Below, piece by piece: positions 1 to 7,920 of a stretch of DNA of 46,168 bases. The translations under genes and the position numbers were made by a program. The DNA comes from an uncultured Muribaculaceae bacterium (GTDB lineage Bacteria > Bacillota_I > Bacilli_A > RF39 > UBA660): NCBI GenBank assembly GCA_964370085.1, contig CAYJHI010000001.1, forward strand, positions 1 to 46,168. The letters are read 5' to 3'. Numbering within the stretch: position 1 is the stretch's first letter; each line of letters starts with the position of its first letter. The notes under the pieces were generated by a model. The model saw only the letters and a list, made by a program, of their open reading frames with translations, did no database searches and was not told where the DNA came from.

Positions 1-88
1 TATACTTTTTTTGTCAATTTATCTATTTTAGTAGAAATGTTTGTTTATTTTGTGTTATTATTAGTATGTATATAGTAGAGGTGAGGCT

Positions 89-1786
89 ATGACAGAACAA
101 TCTATATTAATTACTATTGGTGTTGTTTCTATAATATTTGTTATAGTTATTTTTGTCTTGATTAAAAGACATAAGTCTAAGACGATACGTACTACTTTAG
201 ATAACTTAGAAAGAGAGAAGAATATAGTAGCTAGTACTCCTGTTATGACTGAACTTTCTAAGATAGAGGCTCTTATTAAGAATGATTTAATGGAAGAGAA
301 GTATAATGTTTGGAAGCAACGTTTTTATATTATTAAAGATGAGAGAATTGCTAAGGTAACAGATATGCTTATTGAGTTAGAGTTATATGCTGATAAGAAG
401 GATTATAAGGGTTATAAATATAGTTTAGCTAAAACAGAAATGGAACTTTATAAAGTTAAGACTTCTGCAGATAAGTTATTAGATGAAATTAAAGAGATTA
501 CTCTTAGTGAAGAGAAGTATCGTAATATTGTTACTAAACTTAAGAGTAAGTATCGTGAGTTAATTGGGCGTTTTCAAGATAAGAAGAGTGAATATGATTC
601 TTTACAAGAGACGATTGAATTACAATTTGAAAATATAGAGAAACGTTTTTTAGACTTTGAGACTACAATGGAGAAGAGTGAGTATAGTGAAATAGTTCAT
701 ATTGTTAAAGCGATTGATGCGATGATTGAACATATGCATGTTGTTATAGAAGAGACACCTGATTTATTCTTACTTGCTAATAAGATGATTCCTAAGAGAA
801 TAGAACAAGTTAGAGAAGCTAGTGTTGAGCTTATAGAACATGGGTATTCAATTGATTACTTAAATATTGATTATAATATAGAAGAGACTAATAAGAATAT
901 TAATGGGATACTTGATCGTATTAAGGTGCTTAATTTAGAGAATTGTATGTTTGAGCTTAAGACTATTTTAGATTATTTAGATTCTTTATTTAATGACTTT
1001 GAGAAAGAGAGACTTAGTCGTAAGGTATATGAAGAGATAGTTAGTGATTTTGAGAAGAAGTTTAAAAAAATTAGTAAGTTAATTAAGGGTATTTATAATC
1101 AGATGGATGATATTAAAGATATGTATAAGCTTACTGATAAGGATCTTGTTTCTTTAGATGATCTTAATAAGAAACTTACTGTTATAAATGATGAATATAA
1201 AATAGTAGTTAAGCAAGTTGTGGATAAAGCTGCTCCTTATTCTAATTCTCATAAAGAGATAGAACTTCTTAGTGTTAAACTTAGGGAGTTGGAAGAAGAG
1301 TTAGATGTTGCTTTAAAATCTCTTGGTAGTATGTATGATGATGAGTTGAGAGCTAGGGAACAGTTAGATGAAATACAAGACTTTTTGAAACAATGTAAGT
1401 CTAAGATTAGAACTTATAAGTTACCTATAATAACAGATAATTATTTTGTTGAACTTAGGGAAGCTAATGAAGCTATCTTAGAAATTATTAGGGAATTAGA
1501 AAAGAAACCTATTGTTATTAAGGTTCTTAATGTTAGAGTAGATACTGCTAGAGATTTAGTTCTTAAACTTTTTAATACTACTAATGAGATGATTAGGTGT
1601 GCTCAGAATGTAGAGGATGTTATTGTCTATGGCAATAGGTATAGAATGATGTCTAGTAGAGTAGAATCTGGTCTTAATGAAGCTAAAAACATGTTTTTTA
1701 AGGGTAATTATAAAGAAGCTTTAGATTTAGCAATTACTATTATTGGGGAAGTTGAACCTGGATTTGATGGAAAGGTAAGAGTATAA
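89..1786 (+). CDS. ezrA: Septation ring formation regulator EzrA
   Basis: 565 aa. One N-terminal TM helix (ILITIGVVSIIFVIVIFVLI) followed by a long K/E-rich coiled coil, matching B. subtilis EzrA in size and architecture. GAGGTGAGG RBS just upstream. Followed by nifS-like, thiI and ssp, as in the Bacillus ezrA region. Confidence 0.85.
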   Translation: MTEQSILITIGVVSIIFVIVIFVLIKRHKSKTIRTTLDNLEREKNIVASTPVMTELSKIEALIKNDLMEEKYNVWKQRFYIIKDERIAKVTDMLIELELYADKKDYKGYKYSLAKTEMELYKVKTSADKLLDEIKEITLSEEKYRNIVTKLKSKYRELIGRFQDKKSEYDSLQETIELQFENIEKRFLDFETTMEKSEYSEIVHIVKAIDAMIEHMHVVIEETPDLFLLANKMIPKRIEQVREASVELIEHGYSIDYLNIDYNIEETNKNINGILDRIKVLNLENCMFELKTILDYLDSLFNDFEKERLSRKVYEEIVSDFEKKFKKISKLIKGIYNQMDDIKDMYKLTDKDLVSLDDLNKKLTVINDEYKIVVKQVVDKAAPYSNSHKEIELLSVKLRELEEELDVALKSLGSMYDDELRAREQLDEIQDFLKQCKSKIRTYKLPIITDNYFVELREANEAILEIIRELEKKPIVIKVLNVRVDTARDLVLKLFNTTNEMIRCAQNVEDVIVYGNRYRMMSSRVESGLNEAKNMFFKGNYKEALDLAITIIGEVEPGFDGKVRV

Positions 1787-1787
1787 T

Positions 1788-2435
1788 ATGAAGAGATTGA
1801 ATAATAAGGGGTTTTCAGTCAAAGAACTTATTTTAATTGCGGCGGTTGTTTCTGCTGTGGTATATGGAGTTATGCTTTTAACAACAGATATTAGAGATAG
1901 AGAAAAGTTTAATACTTTTAGAACTAGTGCTCATAATTTAGGTCGTATATATTTATTTAGTGATAATATTATATACGATGAGAGGTTTTATTTAGGAGAA
2001 CTTATTGAAATGGAAGTAATTGAACCTATTTTAAATCCATTTTATTTGCCAGAAGAGAATGATCAATACTGTGATAATTTTGAATCTTACGTCGAAGTTA
2101 AGGATATGTTATATGTCACTTTGCAATGTGGTAACTATATAATCAGAAATGAAATAGAAAACCAGAATATTAGTGAATACGATATTTATAGTGTTAGTGA
2201 TTGGTCTATTGAGTTTCCTGCTTTAACTGATGGAGATGAATTAGTTGAAAAGGTTATGTATAACTATATCGAAAATAATAATGAAGTTTTATATCGTTAT
2301 TATCCAGATCATACTTTTGTTAGACTTTATAATATTGCGAAGGGTAGTTTTTATAAAACCTCTGATGATATTAAATCTTTATCAACTGTTGTAGAGAATA
2401 CATTCTATAGAACTTATAAGAAATTAGATATTTAA
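1788..2435 (+). CDS. Prepilin-type N-terminal cleavage/methylation domain protein (orphan pseudopilin-like)
   Basis: The N-terminus MKRLNNKGFSVKELILIAAVVSAVVYGVMLL fits a class III signal: K-G|F-S-V-K-E with Glu at +5, then a hydrophobic helix. The ATG lies 1 nt after the ezrA TAA. I did not recognise the rest of the protein. Confidence 0.6.
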   Translation: MKRLNNKGFSVKELILIAAVVSAVVYGVMLLTTDIRDREKFNTFRTSAHNLGRIYLFSDNIIYDERFYLGELIEMEVIEPILNPFYLPEENDQYCDNFESYVEVKDMLYVTLQCGNYIIRNEIENQNISEYDIYSVSDWSIEFPALTDGDELVEKVMYNYIENNNEVLYRYYPDHTFVRLYNIAKGSFYKTSDDIKSLSTVVENTFYRTYKKLDI

Positions 2436-2458
2436 AAAGACGTTATTCGTCTTTTTTA
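2434..2458 (+). terminator. Rho-independent terminator after the pilin-like gene
   Basis: AAAAGACG-ttatt-CGTCTTTT hairpin followed by a T-run. Confidence 0.75.
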
Positions 2459-2459
2459 T

Positions 2460-2488
2460 TTGTCTTTTCTTTGTTAAAAGATTATAAT
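2460..2488 (+). promoter_or_regulatory. Sigma-A-type promoter for nifS-like/thiI
   Basis: TTGTCT, a 17-nt spacer, then TATAAT, about 20 nt upstream of the GAGGTGAAG RBS. Confidence 0.55.
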
Positions 2489-2509
2489 AGATAGATGAAG
2501 AGGTGAAGT

Positions 2510-3643
2510 ATGGTTTATTTAGATTATAGTGCGACTACTCCTGTTAATGATGAAGTGTTATCAGTATTTACTAAGGTATCTAAAGAATATATTGGTAATC
2601 CTAATTCTATACATAGATTAGGTCTTGATAGTAAGAAGTTAATGGAAGAGGCTAGTTTACAAATTAAAAAACTTTTAAATGTTAATCATGAAGTTGTTTT
2701 TACTTCTAGTGGTACTGAGTCTAATAACTTGGCTTTATTTGGTGTGTCTAATTTTTATAAAAATCGTAATAAAATTATTATTACTACTAAGTTAGAACAT
2801 TCTAGTACTAAGTCGTCTTTGGAGCAATTAGAAAGAAAAGGTTATTCTATTTCATATGTTAATTTATTAGATAATGGTCTTGTTGATTTAGAACATTTAG
2901 AAACTTTATTAAAGTTAGAGCCTGTGTTAGTTAGTATTTCTTTAGTAGATAGTGAATTAGGTATTGTACAGAATTTAGATTCTATTAAGAAACTTGTTAA
3001 TAATTATTCTCTTACTTTATTACATGTTGATGCGACTCAATCAGTTGGTAAAATAGATTGTGATTTTAATGATGTTGATCTTGTTACTTTTAGTGCACAT
3101 AAGTTTTATGGTTTAAAAGGAATAGGATGTTTACTTAAGAATCCTAAGGTTTGTTTGGAACCTATTATATATGGAGGTAAGAGTCAAAGTGATTATCGTA
3201 GTGGAACTCCTGCTTTAGCATTAATAGTAAGTACTGTTAGAGCTTTGAGGTTGTCTTTAGATAATAGTTTGTCTAAATATAATTATGTTTTAGAACTTAG
3301 TAGTTTTTTAAAGAATGAATTATTAAAATTTTCTAATGTTGTAGTTAATTCTACTTCTAAATCATTACCACATATTATTAATATTAGTTTAGTAGGTATT
3401 AAACCAGAAACAATGATACATGCTTTAGAAGAAGATAATATTTTTATTTCTACTAAGTCAGCTTGTTCTAAAAGTATTAATATATCTGATAGTGTACTTG
3501 AAATTACTAAAGATAAGTTACTTGCTTCCTCATCTTTAAGAATAAGTTTATCTTATTTAACTACTAAACAAGAAATAATTAAGTTTTTAAATATTTTTGA
3601 AAAAAAATTAATTGAATTAAACTTTTTGAAAGGAGAATACTAA
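2510..3643 (+). CDS. iscS: Cysteine desulfurase, NifS/IscS class V aminotransferase (ThiI-associated, NifZ-like)
   Basis: Starts MVYLDYSATTP. PLP-lysine motif FSAHKFYGLKG and catalytic Cys loop STKSACS. Sits directly upstream of thiI, as B. subtilis nifZ does. Confidence 0.9.
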   Translation: MVYLDYSATTPVNDEVLSVFTKVSKEYIGNPNSIHRLGLDSKKLMEEASLQIKKLLNVNHEVVFTSSGTESNNLALFGVSNFYKNRNKIIITTKLEHSSTKSSLEQLERKGYSISYVNLLDNGLVDLEHLETLLKLEPVLVSISLVDSELGIVQNLDSIKKLVNNYSLTLLHVDATQSVGKIDCDFNDVDLVTFSAHKFYGLKGIGCLLKNPKVCLEPIIYGGKSQSDYRSGTPALALIVSTVRALRLSLDNSLSKYNYVLELSSFLKNELLKFSNVVVNSTSKSLPHIINISLVGIKPETMIHALEEDNIFISTKSACSKSINISDSVLEITKDKLLASSSLRISLSYLTTKQEIIKFLNIFEKKLIELNFLKGEY

Positions 3644-3645
3644 TT

Positions 3646-4833
3646 ATGAATAGAGTTATATTAATTAAATATGGAGAATTAACTACTAAGAAGGGAAATC
3701 GTAATTTTTTTGTTAAAACTTTATATAATAATGTTGTTAATAAGTTAGAGGGTTTTAATATAAATATTTTTAAAGATAGTTCTCGTATGTATATAGAGTT
3801 TAATGATGATGAATTAGAAGATGTTTTAAATAATATTAAAGATATATTTGGAATTCATTTATTTCATGTAGCATATAAGATTGATTTGGATTTAGATAAT
3901 ATTAAGAATACGCTTAAAGAAATTGCGTTGTTAGAGAACTTTAAAACTTTTAAAATTCAAACTAAACGTAGTAATAAGAATTATCCTTTAGATAGTATGG
4001 AACTTAATAGGGAATTTGGTGGCACTATTTTAAAAAATATTAGTGATATAAGTGTAGATGTTCATAATCCTGATGTTTTATTTACTGTAGAAATAAGGGA
4101 TAAGGATTGTTATATTTATACTAATGCTTATAAAGGGTGCGGTGGATATCCTGTTGGGACTCAACCAAAATCTATGCTTATGCTAAGTGGGGGAATTGAT
4201 TCTCCTGTTGCAGGTTATCTGGCAATGAAAAGAGGTATTAAGTTAGAAGCAGTTTATTTTGAAGCGATTCCTCATACTAGTTTAGAAGCTAGAGATAAGG
4301 TTATTACTTTATGTCAAAAACTTAATAAGTATGCGGATGATATTACTTTACATGTTGTTCCTTTTACAAAAATACAAGAAGCTATTTATAAAAATAGTGA
4401 TCCTAGTTACTGTATTACTATTATGCGTAGAATGATGTATCGTATTATGGAGATACTTGCTAAAAGAAGAAAAGCTTTAGCAATTGTAAATGGTGAGTCA
4501 ATTGGACAAGTTGCTTCACAGACTTTGACAAGTATGTCTGTTATTAATGCTGTTACTAATATGCCTGTTATTAGACCTGTTGCGTGTCTTGATAAATTAG
4601 AGATAATAGATATTGCTAAAAAAATAGATACTTATGAGACTAGTATTTTGCCTTTTGAAGACTGTTGTACTGTCTTTGTACCAAAACATCCTGTTATTAA
4701 TCCTGTTCTTGATACAGTGTTGGAAATAGAGAGTAAGTTTGATTATAAACAGATGATTTATGAAACTGTTAATGATACTTTTAGACTTAAAACAAAAAAA
4801 CAAACTGATACGCAGTTTGAAGATTTATTTTAG
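3646..4833 (+). CDS. thiI: tRNA uracil 4-sulfurtransferase ThiI
   Basis: 395 aa. THUMP-type N-terminal region and PP-loop SGGIDSPVA. Starts 2 nt after the desulfurase stop. Confidence 0.92.
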   Translation: MNRVILIKYGELTTKKGNRNFFVKTLYNNVVNKLEGFNINIFKDSSRMYIEFNDDELEDVLNNIKDIFGIHLFHVAYKIDLDLDNIKNTLKEIALLENFKTFKIQTKRSNKNYPLDSMELNREFGGTILKNISDISVDVHNPDVLFTVEIRDKDCYIYTNAYKGCGGYPVGTQPKSMLMLSGGIDSPVAGYLAMKRGIKLEAVYFEAIPHTSLEARDKVITLCQKLNKYADDITLHVVPFTKIQEAIYKNSDPSYCITIMRRMMYRIMEILAKRRKALAIVNGESIGQVASQTLTSMSVINAVTNMPVIRPVACLDKLEIIDIAKKIDTYETSILPFEDCCTVFVPKHPVINPVLDTVLEIESKFDYKQMIYETVNDTFRLKTKKQTDTQFEDLF

Positions 4834-4857
4834 GAATATTTTACCAATAAATTTTAT

Positions 4858-4886
4858 GTATGAAATTATTTATTTTTCACAATCTA
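4858..4886 (+). promoter_or_regulatory. Candidate forespore (sigma-G/F-type) promoter of the SASP gene
   Basis: GTATG, a 17-nt spacer, then CAATCTA resembles the gHATR-17/18-CAtnnTA consensus. It lies about 10 nt upstream of the AGGAGGTG RBS of ssp. By-eye match only. Confidence 0.4.
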
Positions 4887-4908
4887 TAAATGTATAGGAG
4901 GTGAAACA

Positions 4909-5124
4909 ATGAATAACACAAATAACTATTCAATGAAAATGAGAGTTCCTGGTGCTAAACAAGCTATCGATAAAATGAAATATGAAATCGCTAATGAATT
5001 CGGTGTTAATTTAGGACCAGATGCTACTTCACGTGCTAACGGTTCAGTTGGTGGTGAAATAACTAGACGTTTAGTTCAAAATGGATTAAACCAAGTTAGT
5101 GGAAGTTACGCTAGTAAACAATAA
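4909..5124 (+). CDS. ssp: Small acid-soluble spore protein, alpha/beta type
   Basis: [44 protein letters not shown] is almost the canonical SspA/SspB core. Strong AGGAGGTG RBS. Confidence 0.95.
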   Translation: MNNTNNYSMKMRVPGAKQAIDKMKYEIANEFGVNLGPDATSRANGSVGGEITRRLVQNGLNQVSGSYASKQ

Positions 5125-5128
5125 TAAC

Positions 5129-5608
5129 TTAGAAGATAGGTGATCCTATCTTTTTTTGATGATTTGGTAATTGGAATTTACTAGTAATGGTGTCACTGTA
5201 AAGGGCTAGTTCCCTGATTTTTCTTGCTAGTTCTAAACTCATTAAACTAAAAGTATTAGAATCAGTGTGTTTGTGATAGTTCCACATAAAAGCTGTTATT
5301 TCTTTTTGATTGTTTTCTCCGTCAAGTATAGGCATTTTAAAACATGCTAATAGTGGGAAGTCTTCATCAACAGAAATTAACTCAACAATTCTTTTGCTTT
5401 CAGAAGAATTAGTTGTAAAAAGATAATTAAAATGTTTGGTACTAATGGTAATATTACCTACACTTTCATTATCTTTAGTTATTAATATATTATAATCATT
5501 AGTTGATGTTATATCTAACTCTATATCATATTCTTTTTTTAAGTTTGCTGTTATGTCATGCAGTAACTGTTGTGATTTGTTACTGAATATTGGTTTGTTG
5601 CTTTTCAT
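5129..5608 (-). CDS. Hypothetical protein (159 aa)
   Basis: Open frame with a weak AAGAAG-type RBS. No motif recognised. The last codons lie inside the ssp terminator hairpin. Confidence 0.5.
   Translation of the reverse strand: MKSNKPIFSNKSQQLLHDITANLKKEYDIELDITSTNDYNILITKDNESVGNITISTKHFNYLFTTNSSESKRIVELISVDEDFPLLACFKMPILDGENNQKEITAFMWNYHKHTDSNTFSLMSLELARKIRELALYSDTITSKFQLPNHQKKIGSPIF
5134..5157 (+). terminator. Rho-independent terminator of ssp
   Basis: AGATAGG-tgat-CCTATCT hairpin plus a T7 run. It overlaps the 3' end of the convergent ORF 5129..5608. Confidence 0.75.
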
Positions 5609-5704
5609 TTAATCGCTTCTTTCTATTTATATTATATAATACTTTTAAAAAAAATAGTATACTTTTTTGATATTTGTATATATAATTAGTTAAAGGAGAA
5701 CATT

Positions 5705-6109
5705 ATGGAAAAAACTTATGTTATGTTAAAACCAGATGCAGTTAAAAGAAATTTGATGGGAGAGATTATTTCTCGTATTGAAAAGAAAGGTTATAAAATA
5801 GTTGATATGAAGATGTTTACTATTACGAAAGAGTTGGTGGCAAAGCATTATCCTCACAAATTAGATAAACCTTTTTATCCTATAATTGAAGCGTTTATGA
5901 CTTCAGGACCAGTTGTTGGAATGATTGTTGAAGGTGAAGAAGTTATTAAGGGAATGCGTATGTTGGCAGGACCTACTAAATGGTTTGATGCTATGCCTGG
6001 AACTATTAGAGGAGATTATGCTAATGCAGAAGATTTAAGTGCTAACTTAATACATGCATCTGATAGTGAAGAAGCTGTTAAAGAAGAAATTGCAAGATTT
6101 TTTAATTAG
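5705..6109 (+). CDS. ndk: Nucleoside diphosphate kinase
   Basis: Starts MEKTYVMLKPDAV, contains GDYA and the active-site His context NLIHASDS. AAAGGAG RBS. Confidence 0.92.
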   Translation: MEKTYVMLKPDAVKRNLMGEIISRIEKKGYKIVDMKMFTITKELVAKHYPHKLDKPFYPIIEAFMTSGPVVGMIVEGEEVIKGMRMLAGPTKWFDAMPGTIRGDYANAEDLSANLIHASDSEEAVKEEIARFFN

Positions 6110-6138
6110 AAAAGTTAAATTAATTTTTAACTTTTTTT
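6110..6138 (+). terminator. Rho-independent terminator of ndk
   Basis: AAAGTTAAA-ttaatt-TTTAACTTT hairpin plus a T-run. Confidence 0.7.
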
Positions 6139-6286
6139 GATGTATGTTTTAAATACTTGGAAGTAAAAATAATTAAAAACATTAATTTTTATAATTGATA
6201 AAAAATATTCTCTTAATTTAATTGTTTTGTTATAACATTATCTTCTTTTTAATAAAAAAATCATATAAATTTAAAAAAATGGTTAT

Positions 6287-6315
6287 TTGATATATCTTTG
6301 TATATATATTACAAT
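6287..6315 (+). promoter_or_regulatory. Sigma-A-type promoter of the Bro-N/DinD-like gene
   Basis: TTGATA, a 17-nt spacer, then TACAAT. Confidence 0.5.
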
Positions 6316-6336
6316 ATTTGCAGAACAAGTCAATCT

Positions 6337-6351
6337 GTTACAAATTGTAAC
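6337..6351. promoter_or_regulatory. 15-nt palindrome GTTACAAATTGTAAC (candidate operator), copy 1
   Basis: Perfect 7+1+7 inverted repeat between the putative -10 element and the RBS. The same motif, GTGACAAATTGTCAC, recurs inside the gene at 6575-6589. Confidence 0.4.
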
Positions 6352-6382
6352 CGTTTTATTAATTATCAGAAAGGAATTAGAT

Positions 6383-7237
6383 ATGAAATCAGAAAAATTA
6401 CAAATAATAAATAAAATATTCAATAACACTGAAATAAGAAGTGTATGGAATAAGGAAGAAGAAAAATACTATATATGTGTAGTAGATATTGTTGGTATAG
6501 TATCAGAAAGTAAAGAAGGCAGAAAATATTGGAACAAATTAAAACAAAGACTTAAAGAGGAAGGTAATCAAACGGTGACAAATTGTCACCAGTTGAAATT
6601 AAAATCTAAAGATGGAAAATATCGTTTAACTGATGTATGTGATATAGAAGGAATGTTCAGAATAATACAATCAGTTCCAAGTAAAAATGCTGAACCTATA
6701 AAACAATGGTTAGCTAAATTAGGAAGTGAAAGAATAGATGAAACATTTGATCCTTCCCTAGCCTTACAACGAGCAATAGATACTTATAGAGCTAAAGGTT
6801 ATGATGAAAATTGGATAGCAAAAAGAATTAAATCTTTACAAGATAGAAAACAACTAACTGATGTTTGGAAAGACGGAGGAATTAAAGAAGGTATTGAGTT
6901 TGCTATTCTTACAAATGAAATTTATAAAGAATGGTCTGGAATGAAAGCAAGTGAATATAAAGAACTTAAAGGTCTTAGAAAAGAATCTTTAAGAGATAAT
7001 ATGACTGATATAGAAGTTGCTTTAACAGACTTAGGAGAAATAGCAACAAGAGAACTTGCTAAAAAGCATAACCCACAAGGTTTAGAACAAAATAAAAAAA
7101 TCGCTAAAATGGGAGGTAATACTGCTAAGGTAGCTCGTGAAGATTTAGAGGCGAAACTTGAAACTTCTGTAATTAGCAAAAGTAATGCTTTAAATTATCA
7201 ATATATTGATAATAAAGAAAAGATTGAAAATAAGTAA
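6383..7237 (+). CDS. Bro-N domain / DinD-like (phage antirepressor-family) protein
   Basis: Start taken at ATG 6383 (MKSEKLQ..., AAAGGA RBS). The track start at 6287 is an AT-rich read-through extension. The N-terminus FNNTEIRSVWNKEEEKYYICVVDIVGIV follows a Bro-N pattern. The C-terminal half (NAEPIKQWLAKLGSERI...YRAKGY...WIAKRI...LTDVWK...LRDNMTDIE) resembles the DinD/BRO family seen in phages and islands. Confidence 0.65.
   Translation: MKSEKLQIINKIFNNTEIRSVWNKEEEKYYICVVDIVGIVSESKEGRKYWNKLKQRLKEEGNQTVTNCHQLKLKSKDGKYRLTDVCDIEGMFRIIQSVPSKNAEPIKQWLAKLGSERIDETFDPSLALQRAIDTYRAKGYDENWIAKRIKSLQDRKQLTDVWKDGGIKEGIEFAILTNEIYKEWSGMKASEYKELKGLRKESLRDNMTDIEVALTDLGEIATRELAKKHNPQGLEQNKKIAKMGGNTAKVAREDLEAKLETSVISKSNALNYQYIDNKEKIENK
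6574..6590. repeat. Palindrome GGTGACAAATTGTCACC, copy 2 of the GTNACAAATTGTNAC motif
   Basis: Perfect 8+1+8 inverted repeat within the Bro-N/DinD-like CDS (encodes TVTNCHQ), 238 bp centre-to-centre from copy 1. Confidence 0.4.
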
Positions 7238-7264
7238 TTTTACTTGAGCGAAAAAATCATGCAA

Positions 7265-7391
7265 CTGAACTGTTCGGAAATTCCGAATAGTTGAACTATA
7301 AAGATTTTCTTTACAGTTCAAATTTAAGTTATTTGAATTTTTCGAATAACGGATATTCAAATATTAAGTATACAAGAAAACCTTGTATACT
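7265..7391. repeat. Cluster of nested and consecutive inverted repeats
   Basis: Five elements: TGAACTGT (7265-72) with ACAGTTCA (7313-20); central palindrome AACTGTTCGGAA-A-TTCCGAATAGTT (7268-7292); TTCAAAT (7318-24) with ATTTGAA (7331-37), followed by TTTTT; ATTTGAAT (7331-38) with ATTCAAAT (7355-62); AGTATACAAG-aaaac-CTTGTATACT (7367-7391). Confidence 0.6.
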
Positions 7392-7448
7392 AGAAAATAT
7401 TGTGTGTTTACTCTATTCGTACAGTTCTTTGTCTCATTTCTCCTGATA

Positions 7449-7847
7449 ATGTATTTGGATAAAGAAATTAAAACTTGTAATATAACGAATGTCTCTATAC
7501 CAAATACAGTTATTAGAATTGAAAATTTAGCGTTTTATAATAACAAAATCTCTAATCTTAATTTAGGAGGTGGTATTCAATTTATTGGAATGAGTGCATT
7601 TCATACTAATAATCTCATTTCAGTAATTCTTCCTTCTAGTTTAAAAGATATTTGGTCTTTTGCATTTAGAGATAATGACTTGCATGAAATTGTTATACCT
7701 GAGAGTGTTTCTACTATTGGTAATAGGGTATTTTGGGAGAATCCTAATATGGAATATTTGTATATAGATGGTAAAGCTAGTTATAGTGATTTTGCCTCTA
7801 TTGAAAGTGATTGGTATTATAGTGGTACAGTTGTTTTTAGACCTTAA
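7449..7847 (+). CDS. Leucine-rich repeat (BspA/LRR_5-type) protein, probably a truncated remnant
   Basis: Repeats such as IPNTVIRIENLAFYNN, IQFIGMSAFHTNNLISVILPSSLKDIWSFAFRDNDLHEIVIPESVSTIGNRVFW. No signal peptide and no convincing RBS. About 130 aa, whereas BspA-like proteins are usually several hundred aa. The track start at TTG 7383 lies inside a hairpin. Confidence 0.5.
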   Translation: MYLDKEIKTCNITNVSIPNTVIRIENLAFYNNKISNLNLGGGIQFIGMSAFHTNNLISVILPSSLKDIWSFAFRDNDLHEIVIPESVSTIGNRVFWENPNMEYLYIDGKASYSDFASIESDWYYSGTVVFRP

Positions 7848-7920
7848 TTAAAATAAAGAACTTTAAGTTTTTATTTTTTTCTTTTTGTAGTATAATTATA
7901 TTATTAGAAAAGAGGAAATT

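Noticed and set aside
6287-6382. N-terminal extensions in track ORFs. These are 6287 for the Bro-N/DinD-like gene, and similarly 23511 (rodZ-like), 14620 (der), 16154 (cca), 17964 (nth), 21504 (ponA), 25891 (rny), 41651 (hit), 14665 (membrane protein), 7383 (LRR), 22864 (gpsB) and 10704 (MecA-like).
   Set aside because: Internal starts have proper Shine-Dalgarno sequences and align with the N-termini of known orthologues. The extensions run through promoters, hairpins or, for 23511, the RNase P RNA.
6110-6382. A LexA/SOS box in front of the DinD-like gene.
   Set aside because: There is no GAAC-N4-GTTC-type sequence in the promoter region. The only palindrome there is GTTACAAATTGTAAC, which does not match the Firmicute LexA consensus.
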